A stretch of DNA of 64,000 nt, taken from positions 18,540,001-18,604,000 of the forward strand of contig NC_045696.1 of assembly GCF_009834535.1 (NCBI RefSeq), in the 5' to 3' direction. Below are positions 13,323 through 26,687 of this stretch, piece by piece. Below the pieces are notes generated by a model. The model ran no database searches. It was not told the origin of the DNA and saw nothing but the letters and a program-made list of their open reading frames with translations. The stretch comes from Camelus ferus (taxonomy: Eukaryota). Positions within the stretch are counted from its first letter, which is position 1; each line of letters starts with the position of its first letter. Position numbers and translations under genes: made by a program.

Positions 13323-13949
13323 TGGAAGTTCTTCAACAAATACTTTTCAAAGTAAAATAAAGAATAAAAAAGCAATTGATATATTAAAAACAACTTAAAA
13401 GCAAAGCAATCAATTTCAATGTGTGGGTTTTATTTGAAGCATTTTACAAACAAATAACTGACAGTCACTCTGTGTGTGTGTGTTAAATAAATAAAAATCA
13501 AAGAAATGTGACACAGAGTAGAACGAGCATCAATTTCTTAGACATGCAATGTAAGTATGATGCAAAATCTTTTCTCACATTCTTCCGAGGGAATGATTAA
13601 TAGTTTATATTATGTCACATTTCATGTGGATGGATTTGGCATTTTTTAAAGAAGCTGATGCTAATTTAAAAATGAAAATGTTAGCATAATAGTAAATATA
13701 ACATTCCTTTGTTCTATTTCTAGCATACAATGTATTGTAATGTTTAAGTCATATTTTGGATCTACGAGTTTTTATTCCCTTCCATTCATGTCAGGAGCAT
13801 TTGGAGCAACAAAAGCATTATATTCCTGAAATTCTCTCCTATTCTATGTGCAGGTATATTAAAGTATCCTGTCCTTTTCCTATATTTTTTGATTAGTTTT
13901 CTGTCTTTCCATTATTTTTCTCAAATCTTGATCTCACTAGTGAGTACTT

Positions 13950-14680
13950 TCCAAGATTTTGTCAGCCTTTATCTTCTGAATATATTTCTCAAGATTTTCC
14001 CCATCTACCTCAGACCTTCTTTCTCTGCTCTTTCTCCAATTTTTTAACTTCCCTTTGACTGTTCTTATGCTGATTATCCAGTATTAATTTGAGTTTAATA
14101 TGGATAAAACTGACCTAATCACATTACACTTTAAACTGGAGCCTCATCCTGGTCCCTTTAATTTTCATCATGATGATATGTTTCTCCAGGTCTCCTAGGT
14201 TGTAAAATATATGGTTCTAATTTGACTCATTCTCTTCCTCATCTACCGTGTCTAATTAATCATTAACGAGTACCGTTTTAACCTTTATTTTGCTCCTCTT
14301 TGTCTCTTACTTTTTTTCAGTATTCACCACCCTACCCACAATTTCAGCCTCTTACCACTCAACCATGTTACTTATTAATTAGCAGTTTTATTAATAGGCT
14401 TCTCTGTGTGTCATTTATCTAAGACTCTATGGCTTCAACACCGCTCTCCTTTCTGTGCAAGAACCTGATGCCTGAGAGGTGCTAACCCGTCAGCAAAAAA
14501 ATCAGATCCCTTTGCATGTCGTGTAACATGGTCAACCGTTTGTCCCCATTTGGCTCTTTACCATATCACCATGATCATCCTAATCTTGTCATGTTATTTA
14601 ATATGATTTCTTCAGTGTGTACTTTTTACTACTTTCTCTTCTAGTCCCTAAATTTGAATGTGTGTGAAGGTAAAAGAAGT
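13950..14680 (+). mobile_element. L2 LINE remnant
   Basis: Pyrimidine-rich L2-like motifs (aaaactgacctaatc...tttgactcattctcttcctcatctaccgtgtctaattaatca). Confidence 0.5.
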
Positions 14681-15010
14681 GAAAAGGAGGTGAGACACCC
14701 CAGCAGCTTCATATTTCTGTACGGGAAAGATTAGAGTTTGTGGTCTTTGATGTCAACCTGTTTTGCTCTTGTGAGAGCAAGTAAATGCTGGATCATTAAG
14801 TGTGATTAAAATAGGATTTGAGATCGATACTCCACTGTTTTCTGCCAGATACATATTTTTGTCACTTTTCTTTTAGCTCAGTGATGATTGTTCTGTTGCT
14901 TTCTCTTCTCCTTGTAGATTGGCCCCCATTTTTCAATTGACGAGACTCAGATGGGGAATTCTGGCTGGTATTCCCTTTCATATTCTTGTGTTTTAGACAC
15001 CTTGGTTCAC

Positions 15011-15290
15011 TTTTTTTTTTTTTTTTTTACAATTTGATGAATTTTGATAGATGTATACACCCATGAAACCACCACCACAGTTAAGATAGCTAGCATTTCC
15101 ATCCTTCCCCATGAGGTGCAATTTTCAAACTCCCAATTTATCCCTTCCTGCTCCCTTTACCCCCTGGTAACTATAATCTTGTTCTCTATGTCTGTGAGTC
15201 TGTTTCTGTTTTGTAAATAAATTCATTTGTGTTCTTTTTTTAGATTTCACATATAAGCAGTATCATATGGCATTTTTCTTTTTCCTTTAC
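15011..15290 (-). mobile_element. Composite L1 3' fragment (T18 tail, L1MB-like segment, artiodactyl L1 3' UTR piece)
   Basis: T18 at 15011-15028, then tacaatttgatgaattttgatagatgtatacacccatgaaaccaccacc (L1MB-like). 15116-15290 is similar to 12567-12740. Confidence 0.75.
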
Positions 15291-17119
15291 TTCTTGTTTA
15301 TTATATTTTTGGAAAAAAATGAGAACACAATAAATTGAACAAATACATGCATTCCTGTTACTATTGTTAGTAATAAAACTGTCATTTGTATGTCAATGTT
15401 ACTGTTTTGTTAAACACTTCCTTTTTTATACTTATTATTTATCTTTAATAAATCAAAACTAAAGGTACGCCTAAAAAGTCTTAATTACTGAATATCTGCC
15501 TTCACCCCAAATCTGATATAAACAGAAGATTTATAGCTATAGTATACCATATAATACTTCAAAAATTAAATAACTTGAACATGCATAAATAAATGTAGTC
15601 TTTTACTTTTTTTATTTACACAGTGCACCCATATTCTTCAAATTCTAATTTGAAAGAATCCTCTTTTGTGTTCAGTGGCATTCACTTATTTCTAAATTCC
15701 TATGATAATGCCAGCAGCACCAGATAAACGTTCTTCCAGCGCCTACACTACGGACAAACTCATTAGGTCCTATCTTATTTCTTTGGGGTTATATAACTGT
15801 ACACTAAAATGAAGCACAGAGTATTTTGCAATCTCAGTTCTTTCTAATATGCTTGGCAAAATGTATTAAGTATATTTGAATGCCATGAGTCTTATAGTTT
15901 TTACTCGTTAGCTAGTCTCAATAAGTATAATTTTTATTTCTAGTGTAAGAAAAAAATCTAACTTTAATTCTCAAATCACATCGAGCTAGGTAATAATTAG
16001 AAATGCAATCATCACATCGAATGTATTGCCAAAGTAAATTACCCTAATTAAATAATTTGCCTAGCACTATTATTGTACTGTTCTTTTACTCTATTTTAGC
16101 TATTAGTCTCTGATTTTTGCAAATAAAAGTATTGAACCTTGAGTATTTAAATGCACTTAGCTTAAAGAGCTGTGTGGGAGAAAGAACATATTTGGATAAT
16201 GAATAGAAAACACTTGGAATGAATGTGCTTTATGCTTTCCCTTTCTTTTTCTCTATTGCCTTTCCTTACTATTGTAAAGAATATGTTTAAGTTTTTGAGA
16301 AGCTATACCAAAATATCAGAGAGGAAGAAATTATAGAGGGATTAAATAAATAGCAATCAATTTTTTTCTATTATGAGCTTCTTTTTTCCAGAGTTAAATG
16401 TAATTCATAATGTGGTTACAATAAAATACAATTTGTAATCATTGATATACCATGTTTATTTTAGTTTCAATATTTCATTCATTCATTCATTTACACAAAT
16501 GCAAAGTGCAATATAAAGAATGTGTTATTGGCAATGTCTTTATAATTTTCAATTATTTTTCTGGCTTGTGAAGTTGACAACCCAAAGGGAGATTGTCAGA
16601 CTGTAGCTAATACAAATAGCGTTATGGATGCAAATATGTTAATTAGACACCCACAGATTTCTAGGCTGTATAAAACAAGTTAATTAGATATATTGTTCAA
16701 ATAATGCTACAGAAAGTCTACTGAAGAAATTATTCTGTTATTTGCATCTATGTTAATGTCTAATCAATTGTCTTAATTATCTATTTCTCGTCAGAATTGA
16801 AGATTAAATGTGATATGAAAGCTATCTTTTATTAGTCAAGCCAGTGGGCAAATAATAGAATATCAAGTAACAAATACAAGAAAAAAACTTATCTTTATAA
16901 ACAGTTGTATACTATGTATATTGATACATACAACTGTGTGTGTATGATTGCCTATACAAATGTACACCTAACCTTCAATTAATTCTAAATCATATATAAT
17001 TAATGAGCAGATGATTTAAGAAAAGTTAGTTGACTTTTATACATTTTGTACAGAATATTGAAGTCTGCCTAGATAAAATAGAAGAGTTTATTTCATACAT
17101 TTTGAGAATTTGTGCAATT

Positions 17120-17290
17120 CGAATGAGTAAAATATTATTAAATGTGTTTAAAATATTATTAAATATATTAAATATAAATATTAAATTAAATAAAAATTAA
17201 ATAAAATTTTAGCATTCTAAATCAGATAATTTGATTATTTAATCATATTCATAAATAATATAATATTATTATATTTATTATAAATAACAC
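17120..17290. repeat. AT-rich low-complexity tract
   Basis: Degenerate aatattattaaat / taaattaaataaaa units. Confidence 0.75.
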
Positions 17291-17429
17291 ATTATCTGTA
17301 TTCTACATTCCTTTATGTAGAATATAGAATACATAACATTAAGCAAGAAGGAATAAATGTGATAGTTTTTACTGAGTTAGAAAAATAGATGTACTAGAAA
17401 TACATGGGTTTAATATAAGAATCGGGTTT

Positions 17430-18230
17430 TACATGAAGGTGGAAGATGATGGGAAGTGAGAGTCTGGAAAACTGCAGTCATTTACTTCTTCAGTCTGAAA
17501 CACTAGAACAGGTAGAAAAGATGAAGCTGTGGAAGAGTCTGGAAAGTTGAACTTCGGGGCTGTCATTTAATAGACCATTGCATTTAATCACGATGCCTCA
17601 AAGCAGAAGTTAGAGGATAAGGTTGAAAGATCATTTTATCTGGCCACCAAAATTGTGAAAATAGAACTAAAGTCAGGGGGTCTGCTACAATGTCTGTGAA
17701 GAGCACTGTCCTGGATGACTGCCACAGCCTCTCATCTACCCACCTTCAGAACCACTAGCCAACTCCAGGTCCAATAGGAAGAGTGTTCGGGAAATGAAAT
17801 TCCTGCTTCTCCTTGACAGTGCAGGCAATGTCTTAGAAGTGGGAGGTTGTGTTTCAAATTTGACAGCTGTCAACACAGAATACGCTACCTATTTGTCAAC
17901 TCAGCATCAATACTGTCCTCTTTATTTCTACTGACTTCCAAATAAAGGTCATACCATCACGCTTCTGCCTAGCCTGATGGGATTCTATCTTATACATACA
18001 ACCCGCATCAGCTAGAATTAAACCTAAGAAGGAGAGTAATTGTGTGTGTGTATCCTTATAATTATATTCCCGTTTAGATTTAGATGAGAGATTTATTATA
18101 GCTGATTGGCTTACAAAATTGCAGGGGCTAAGTCAGTCCAAGTTGATAGAGTCAGGAAGGGAAGACCAGGGTTAAGCTGGAGCCCAGTGTTCTCCTGTGT
18201 ACAGTGGTATTTACTTCTAAACTGCAGACC
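17430..18230 (-). mobile_element. Ancient ERVL LTR pieces plus 3' internal sequence
   Basis: LTR33/41-like gggaaatgaaattcc motif, ERVL 3' internal-like tttgtcaactcagcatc...ccaaataaag, and an MLT2-like gagatttattatagctgattggcttac. Adjacent to the ERVL pol remnant. Confidence 0.55.
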
Positions 18231-18264
18231 TAACTCTTGACTCAGTTGCTGTCTGGAATCTCTT

Positions 18265-18840
18265 AGTTCAGCAAAAGCCTAAACTGCTCTGGTGGCCTTC
18301 AGAGCAGGCATATAAAGGAAGGAATTTTCAGTATTAAATGCTGCATATTAGTTGCGGGAAAACACGTTGTTTTGTCGAGTAAATGGAGCATACCTGGAAA
18401 AGAACCTGCAATTGGAGTAACTGCATGAGTACGTTCGTGCTGTTCTTCTGTGAACCTACAAGCTTCAGAATTTAGGACAGATTAAGTAGGTAAGATGAAA
18501 GGGGAGATGTTAGAAATGAGTTGCTCGGTATTTCCAAGCCTGTGGTAGTGGCGCTAATTTCTCCAGTCTTCGCAGTGTCGTGGTGTTTTGGGGTGATTTT
18601 CATAGGGAGAAATACTCGCATCACATCATAGTCCAGGGAATCAGGAGGGAGATTTTGCCCACTACTGACCTCTTTCTCAACCACCCATTCATTGGCTGGG
18701 ATGACAATCAGAGGGTAGGATCTGGCACCCAGACACTACTATAAATTGTAATCAGTCTCATAATCCCTCATTCCCCTGTCCTCTATGGGCAAGATTAACT
18801 TAAGGATCAGAGTAGTATTCCGGTTCCTCAAGAGTTAGAG
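18265..18840 (-). pseudogene. ERVL protease/reverse transcriptase remnant (frameshifted)
   Basis: Translated pieces RSYPLIVIPANEWVVEKEVSSGQN..SL, GEISATTTGL, VTPIAGSFPGMLHLLDK and YAAFNTENSF occur in the same order as recalled ERVL pol RTHPVVISPVPECIIGIDILSSWQN..SL, AEISATIKDL, VTPIAAAVPDVVSLLEQ and YAAIDLANAF. Confidence 0.85.
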
Positions 18841-19129
18841 TTTTATTATATTTCCTACAATTTTTTTCAACTTCATTAACAGCCACAGGTAAATTTTAAG
18901 GAAGGCTAAGAGGAATGTTTTATATAATTTTGTATGTGCATATATGTATATAAATTATACATACTACATATAAAACATATACAAATAAAACGTATGTATT
19001 TATTTCATTTAACTTCCTATTTGCTGAAGGAAAATGACTGCATATATTAATTATCCGGCAAGTATGGTTTCTAACCAAAATGCCTAGCTCTTGAATTTTC
19101 ACTCCAATTCTCATGTTATCATATTAATA

Positions 19130-19800
19130 TAATTTATTCTTTGGTAATTTCTTGAGATAAAATCCACGGAAGGGAAAACATCAAAGCTCTTGCATATGTG
19201 AAAATTCTGGTCTTGGTGTTGATCAGCGTATCTCTGATTCTAGTTTTCTGAATTTTCTGTATGCCAGGGAGTACCTCTTATTTTTCTCTTCGTTCATCAG
19301 TTGTATGAGATCTTAGGGATCCCAATTCACTATGAAATCTCATTTTATTTCTGCAACATAACCTTTTTCTTTATTTGATGATTTTCTCACAAATGCTCTA
19401 TTTTCAGAACTACTATTAGTTGGATACTGGCTGTCCTCACATGAATCTCTAGTTCATATATTTTAAAAGAAATCATCCCTGCCATTTTACACTGCTTTCT
19501 GGAGACTTTTTAACAAAACTACTTCAAAATCTATATTTTTCATTTATTTTGTTATTAGTAATTTGCCAAAAGCCCCATTTTATCTTAGTTTGCTTTTTGC
19601 TGTTTCATAGCTTTCTCTTCTTGATCCAATTGCTTTTTAACTTTCTACAATTTTTTTTTTATATTCCTTACATTGCTTCTCTTCCCTCTGAATTTCTTTC
19701 AGTTTTTAATTTTGATCTTTTCTTTCACTGGAATTTTCTTCCAATATATGGAGATCCTTGTCTGTCCATGCAGATTTACTAAATACTAAATAACTATTGG
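19130..19800 (-). mobile_element. Very old L1M/HAL1-like fragment
   Basis: T-rich strand with the motif ttcagaactactattagttggatactggctgtcc; highly degenerate. Confidence 0.4.
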
Positions 19801-21264
19801 AAGCTCTGAGTGAAAACAAAAATTTGTTTGCTAATATGGAAGGGAAGGGTACAACTGTAGTGCAAACTATTGTTTTTTTTAGTTTGCCTGGTAATTTTAA
19901 AAACTGGGAAATGGTGTTCTTGTTATAATGAACATAAGAGGATTAGGATCATACCAATTAGAATGTAGACTTTACCTACAGTTTAATTCTTTTTTCTTAC
20001 TATGCCTCTCTGCAGTTAAATGAGAATAGTACCTAGGTGAGTCTGCCTCTTGTTTACACGCCGTCATATTTCCTGATATCACCACGACCTGTACCACTCA
20101 GAGAGATAATCAGTTCTCTCCTTATATGAGTACTTGTATATCTCAAGGAAAATTACATGAGTAATATTTTTTCCTTATTTAAAAATAACCTTCAAATAAA
20201 TGATAAATATGATCAATGACACATTATCATTACACTTTTGTATTGAATGAATAAAAATCAATGTCTAAAATTTAATATCCACAGCCTTTAAATTATACAT
20301 CTTTCTCTATGAATAAAACATAGCTTTGAAATGTACTTATTACTATATAAATATACATCTGTAAAGTATCATGCATTGGACTTCATTTAGATAAACTGCC
20401 TACAGTAATAATTATCTATGTAAAAATATTTTAAAAAATTGAGTCCTTGAGCTATAGAAACATCTAAAGGCGTGGCTTTAATTTTGAGGAATCTCAGCAA
20501 TGTGATCAAGTTCCTTAGTTTATGTCTCTATTTCCCTGAATATTTTTCCATCAAGAAACTGATTTTCATGATTACAATTAATCTTGAAAGGTAATCAAAT
20601 ATAATCAAAATATTATAGTAGTTACTTCATAGATTATTTTATTATTATCATTGTGTTTTAAGGGAAGTCTTGGCCAAGCATCAGGAGAGAATCCTTACTG
20701 TTTGCTAAGATCTTAATTTATTTTTTGATTGCATTTTTAAGGCAGAGACAGCATTGTTTCAAACTGTAAGAGGCAGAAATTCTTTATTCAGTACTTCTTT
20801 TAAATTTCTTCTCAATCTAATAGTGAATATTAATAATATATTATCAACATCTGTTTCAAATCTCTTTCAAAACAACTCAAAAGATTCCTTTTTCCAAGTT
20901 GCTTTTGAAGGCTGAAGAGGATTAATAATATTTTGCTTCCAGCAATTTTATATCAGAGATCTAGGGAAAACTTTTCAACTATTCAAGTTCAATCTTTATT
21001 GATACTATCTGATCATAGATTCTTCCTATCAAGAAAATTGACAATGATGACCATAATTATACCTTGTTACCCTAACAGCTAAACAGTGGAAAATTTATCT
21101 TGATATAGAGGATATAAAGAAAGAAGAAAGATAACATCTCATGTATTTGTTCCCCACTAAATTGATATTTAGCTACATTATATCTTGGTTCAAGACTTGC
21201 TGTCCCATATTTATTAATAAGATAATTTTCCTGGAGAAAAAAATGTTACCACTTGAAAAAGATC

Positions 21265-22027
21265 TGTTACTCCAGAAGGAGAAGGGAAAAGACCCCAGTT
21301 CTCATCATATCTGAAAGATAAAAATTCAGATGGAATACAGAATAGATAAACAAGATTATACTGTACAGCACAGGGAAATATATACAAGATCTTGTGGTAG
21401 CTCAGAGCGAAAAAAAAATGTGACAATGAATGTATGTATGTTCATGTATAAGTGAAAAATTGTGATCTACACTGGAATTTGACACAACATTGTAAAATGA
21501 CTGTAACTCAATAAAAAAAAATGTTAAAAAAAAAAAGAATTCAGATGGAAGATGGAGAGCCTTGTGTAGCGAAAGATTTTAAAGGATTTATTAGCAAAGG
21601 GAACGTACACCTCTAAGAACAGGAGGTGGCCTGATCCAAGGGTAAGAAGCAGCAGTCTTTGTCTGCCCTTTCTCTCATACCCTCACTTAGAGGTGGTCTT
21701 TTGATTGATTGATGGCTCTTGTCCAGGAATGCCTAGTCATGTTTGTCCTCTTTGTACATGTCCTTACCCATGACGCACACAGAGAAACCCAAGGGGTGAG
21801 GTGCTAAACCACAATGCTAATTATATTACAGTGAGCACTGGGTCATGTCCAGTTAAGTCCTTCTCGCTACTGAGCAGTTGCGGCTGTTGGATTCTAAACA
21901 GTTTCTTGCTGGCACTCATTTAGAGGAAGTAAAGCCTCTTTATGCTGGGGGTGGGCATAATGCCATTTTCCGGATCATCCTCCTTCTCCTCCACGTATCT
22001 CTGCCCGCTGCCGTAAATTACCTAACT
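21265..22027 (-). mobile_element. Solo ERV1-like LTR, interrupted by a young L1 3' end
   Basis: Starts TGTTAC and ends near cctaac. TTTATT poly(A) signal near the left end; GC-richer LTR-like body. Confidence 0.65.
21336..21536 (+). mobile_element. Young camelid-type L1 3' end (about 200 bp, L1-1_Vpa-like)
   Basis: TSD AATTCAGATGGAA at 21323-21335 and 21538-21550 plus a poly(A) tail. Nearly the reverse complement of 52330-52505. Confidence 0.93.
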
Positions 22028-25000
22028 ACTTAATAGAACCAGAAATCTTGACTTGAAAGACAAGATTTTTTTAGGGATACTTTGGTAGGTACTGCAGCTG
22101 AAGTGTTAATACATAATAAAGGAAACAAAAAACCTCATCCCCCAATTTTTCCCTTTGTTGATCCTCTAATCTAGAATTGTGTGGGTAACTTTCAGAGTAC
22201 GTACAATTGAGTAAAAGCCAATACTTATTTTTCAAATGTTCTATTTGATTTTTTGCATATATGATCGTATTTCTTTGTGAATTACTTAAAACTATTGTCT
22301 GATAATGTATCTAAGACTTTCTGTGTACATTTACCATATTTTAATATCAGACTATGTATTTAATATTCAGAGATTTTTGTAGAAATATTGGACAGAAATA
22401 AAAAGGCTTTCATACATTATGAGTGTTTATAAGGCCAAAATAGAAAGGAGATTATCTGATGTGAAGAGGGTAAATGTAGAAAATTTACATGTAGAAATGT
22501 ACATTTGTACATTATTTGTATATTACATTTAAATGTAGAACTGCCTCCCCCTAAAAATTTAAATACAATTTATTATTAATCTTGCCATAACTAGCTGTGT
22601 AACACAGGCGTGTTACATAAGGGATTTTCATTTTTCCCCCATCTAGAAGTTTCTGAATCTGTAAAAACTGTTTCTTAAATATTACATATCCTGTCTCTAA
22701 AAATTATTGCTTTGGACAAAAGTATTAGTAAAAGAAAAACATCTTCAGTGTAGTGTATAAAACAAATAAAATAGATTTCGGTTTGGTATGTTTTCCTAAT
22801 ATCCATCTTAAATTTGATATCACACAAATAACATTTAATATACTACAACTGATCATTAAATGTTTTTAAAGATCAGATGAATAAAGCATTCCTATGAGCA
22901 TAACAAGAATTAAGATAAGTCTGTTTTATACTTTTTTGCATGGCATTTAAAGAAGAATTTCTTCTGTCAAAAAGAACTTGCACAGAAATAGATCCAACAA
23001 AATATGCCTGTATGGAATTAAGACTCTTCTTCTCGTCCATTAATCTAATTCATTTTATCGTACAAAGTTCTCTTATAAATGCATCTGTGCACTGTGGAAA
23101 TGTCAGCGAATATAATAGAGGAAATTCCTGGGAGATTTATCTTAGGATGTAATTTTTAAATTGCCCATATTGTGCTGGGCCCGATCACAGATGAAACTCA
23201 TTTGAAATCACTGTTTCTTAGATGATCTTGAAAAGCTTAAAAGGTCATCAGGCTCCCCATTGTGACTGAAAGTTTAAAATGTAAGTTCAAATGTTGCAAA
23301 TAAATGTTTAACCAAGCTGTAACCATCCCTATTTTTTCAATGTGTGCTACCTTTGGCTTCTGCTGGGGTACTGTCAAGTATAAGAACCAGTTTAATTTTT
23401 TTTTAAATTAATAATGCTATAAAATAAAAGTGAGTATGGATGAATTGATATGTTTAATCAAAACTACAAGTGCTTAGTCCAAAATGCTGATTGACTGAAT
23501 ATTGAAACTTACTCAGAGAAGTTGAAGAGACATCCTTGCACTCTGCCATGTCAATTAAAGGCAGTGTATAAAAGCATGCGAATGGTATATAAGATACAGG
23601 GGATAATACAAATATCTATTAACAATTTAAATGAGCTATAGGAATACAGATATATAGGCTAATGAATAACTGGAGATTATGTATACCTGTATATATATAT
23701 ATATACACATACATATGGTTGGGTGCATTGATTTACCCAGAGAAATCTTAAGCCAAGCTTTCACTTCCTTAAGTAAGAATACAAATAAGGTTATCTGTAA
23801 AGCAAAAGTCAGCCCAAGAAATAGAGCAAACATTAAGTGATGTCCCCAGAACAACTGGATCTCTTTGCATGAATGAAAGAGAAACTTTTGATGTTTAGTT
23901 AAAAATTTGGAAGTTGTTATTAAAGACGTTTCGTAAGTTTTATTTTTCTAAATTATACCCAACTATAATATTTATAAGAATTTAATATTTGATTTTATTG
24001 TATTTTATAAAATTTTACTAAGTATTAGATTTGGAAATTCATAAGAAATTTAACAGAGTTAGGGCAGGAAGTACCAAAAGAAGAAATGGATAAAAGATTG
24101 AATAAAAAAGAGAAAACATTACTCAAAAAAGAAAAAAGTGGGCTGCTGTGATGTCAAGTTGCATTCTTCTTGCCCTAGAAAATATGGAGACTGTTTAAAA
24201 CCTACATGCCTCTGAAAAGTAATGCAAAAGTAGATGAAGTACAGTACCCAGGGTCAAAAAAAAAAAAAAAAAAAAAGAATGTGATTCTCTTTTTAAGATA
24301 AATCTCTTTATGAACAGATGAAATATATTTATGATGACTAAGTTTATATTTAGTTTCACTTTCAGTTAAGGCTTGTAGAATAATGTGTATAACTTGGTCC
24401 ACTCATCATAAACCAAGGGTATGTGCAAATTAAAAAGAAATCAAAATAAAATCAAAAAGTTTCACTCCTCATATTTTAGCAGAAAGCACATATTTTCTTG
24501 CAAAACAAAATTGCCAAAAATCAAATTTTCATTATGTTGCATTTTTCAAGAAGTCTAATGGCCTGAAAACTATAAAATCAGAAAAGAACAATAACAATGT
24601 AAGAAATTTTGCAAATGGCATGCCAATAATTATATTAGTAAAATAAATAAACATATGGAAATGACTATGCACTATGATTGGCATAAAATATTTGAGGAAT
24701 AAATGTTTTTGTAAATGAACCAATTAAAATACAATGAAACTATCCTTAAATGTTTCTGAGAATGGCTGCCATTATAGTGTGTTTGAGAACAAAGGGTGGC
24801 CGAAGTGTACTTCCTCTCCAAATTCCTGAATAGTACAAAGCAGAAAGATTTATACTGTTTTCTAAGCTCTGTTGTAATCTTCTCCACTATAGTGAGTACT
24901 AATTCCTTAGTTTTCCCTTACGGAATAAATGTTAAAAGTGTCAAAGTGATTATTAATATTTGGAAATTAAAATCATTTTCTATACTTAAAAAATCTTCCA

Positions 25001-25729
25001 CTGTCCTATTAAAGCCTGGTTGTTTTAGGTCTGTTTCACAATCCAATAGTGGAAAATGATCATATAAATAGAAGTGGGGGCATTTTAGAGAGATACACTA
25101 ATTTCCCCCATCATGTGAAGGCAGATTATCAGACAGATTGGGTCTACTTTTGTGTTTATTTATTTTGATTTACCATGTGAAGCAACCATTCTCTATGTAA
25201 TGTGGAACTATGGTAGATACAATTCTATTCATCCCTTTTATTTCAAGGATTTAGAGTCTCTCTTGTAAATCTGAAATTTCCTCAGTAACCTCCTTGGGTC
25301 CTGTCAGTGCTGCATTTATAAGCAAATTTCTTTAGAGTTACCACTTCATTTCCTTTTTGATCTTATGACTAAACTGAGAAAAAGAACTAAAGCCGAGATC
25401 GACAAAAAAACTTGAAGAGAATTTCAGCTACCAAATTTATTTTTAAGTTTGAATCTCAGATAAGATCAAAGTGGTTGGCCTCTCTGTCATTGTTGCTGGG
25501 GCAAATAAAACCAGATAAAACAGCAAATGCTCACTTGTAAATATGTCTCAGACTGGTTCTGCTCTGCCTAGAAATTGTTCATGCTTGATCTTCAAAAGAT
25601 TTATATTTCTCTATCTATAGCTACATCTATCTCTTTATCAATGATTAAGAGTCAATTCTTTTTTGTTTGTTTGTTTTTGGTTCTAGAATTCTGATAGCAA
25701 AGTAAGACATACACACAAAAAAGCACAGA

Positions 25730-26055
25730 ACTTTGAAGTGTTAGGGTTATGAGAAGCCTTAGAGTTATTTTATGTTTGATGAAACCAATACTGAGAGTTT
25801 TATATGATTTTTTCCAGGGGATAAATTATTGTTAGCAATGGCACTATAGCAAAAATAACTCATTTTCTATGGTCCATTTCTCTCAGCTATAAACTGTCTC
25901 TTTCTAAATAATAAGATCACTTCTAGTGTGCCATACATTATTCTGAATGCTTAGATATATTAATTAAATTACCTTTTACAAAGACATTGTAAAGTAGCTC
26001 GTGATCACCCTTATTTAGCCAATGAAAAACCTGCAAGAATGACTGGCCATACAAG
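25730..26055 (-). mobile_element. MIR fragments, highly diverged
   Basis: Two degenerate MIR core-like segments (gatgaaaccaatactgagag; gtgccatacattattctgaatgcttagatatatt). Confidence 0.45.
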
Positions 26056-26127
26056 CCTTTCCTTTTTTTTTTTCCCCCAAAAGACAATATTTTCTTGCAA
26101 ATGTTATAGGATCAGAAAAGCAGAGGA

Positions 26128-26687
26128 CTGAAGCATTTATGTCAAATATCTGAGATACTCAATAAACAGACAGACAATGGCCAGGCCATATACGAAATCA
26201 GAAATTTGACCTGTAGCAACAAACCAAAGAAACCGATCAATTATTTACAGTAACCAGTCCAGAAAGTAAGTTGGTTGTAAGTTAGACTTGTAAGAAGCTA
26301 GACTACTGTCTCTACTTACCAGTACAGGTAACCTCTGTAACAATTAACCCAAAATGGCCAAGACTTGACGAATAATTAATTGACAGCTTCCTTCCTTTTG
26401 TCTGTGTTTCCAAATAAGGACTAAGCAGAGAAATCCAAATACGTAACCCTAACCAATCACGTAGGATGCGGCTCTTCTAGTTAACTTGCCCACCACTCTT
26501 CCATGCCAGGGCCTCGGGTCAGGACCTACCTGAAACCTTCCCTTTTTTCCCTATAAAACTTTACCACTCCTCTGTCTGCCATTGCGTCCCTGGCAGAACA
26601 GAAATGACAATAATTGACTCTCTTATTGGGCAAACTCTGAATAAACTTTGCTTGTTCTCACTTGTTTGGTCTTTATTTATTTCCATA
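26128..26687 (+). mobile_element. Solo ERV1 LTR (MER90/MER110-like)
   Basis: gacaatggccaggccatata...ccctaaccaatcacgtaggatg (CCAAT), ctataaaac (TATA), ctctgaataaactttgcttgttctca (poly(A) signal). Confidence 0.85.

Noticed and set aside
22598..22617. 8-bp stem-loop TGTAACAC-aggc-GTGTTACA
   Set aside because: Short, lies in a degenerate MIR-like stretch and is compatible with chance.
23513..23635. Minus-strand exon-like segment with a strong GTAAGT donor and a possible ATG (MAECKDVSSTSL)
   Set aside because: Stops occur in all frames across the segment, no partner exons were found and the peptide is unrecognised.
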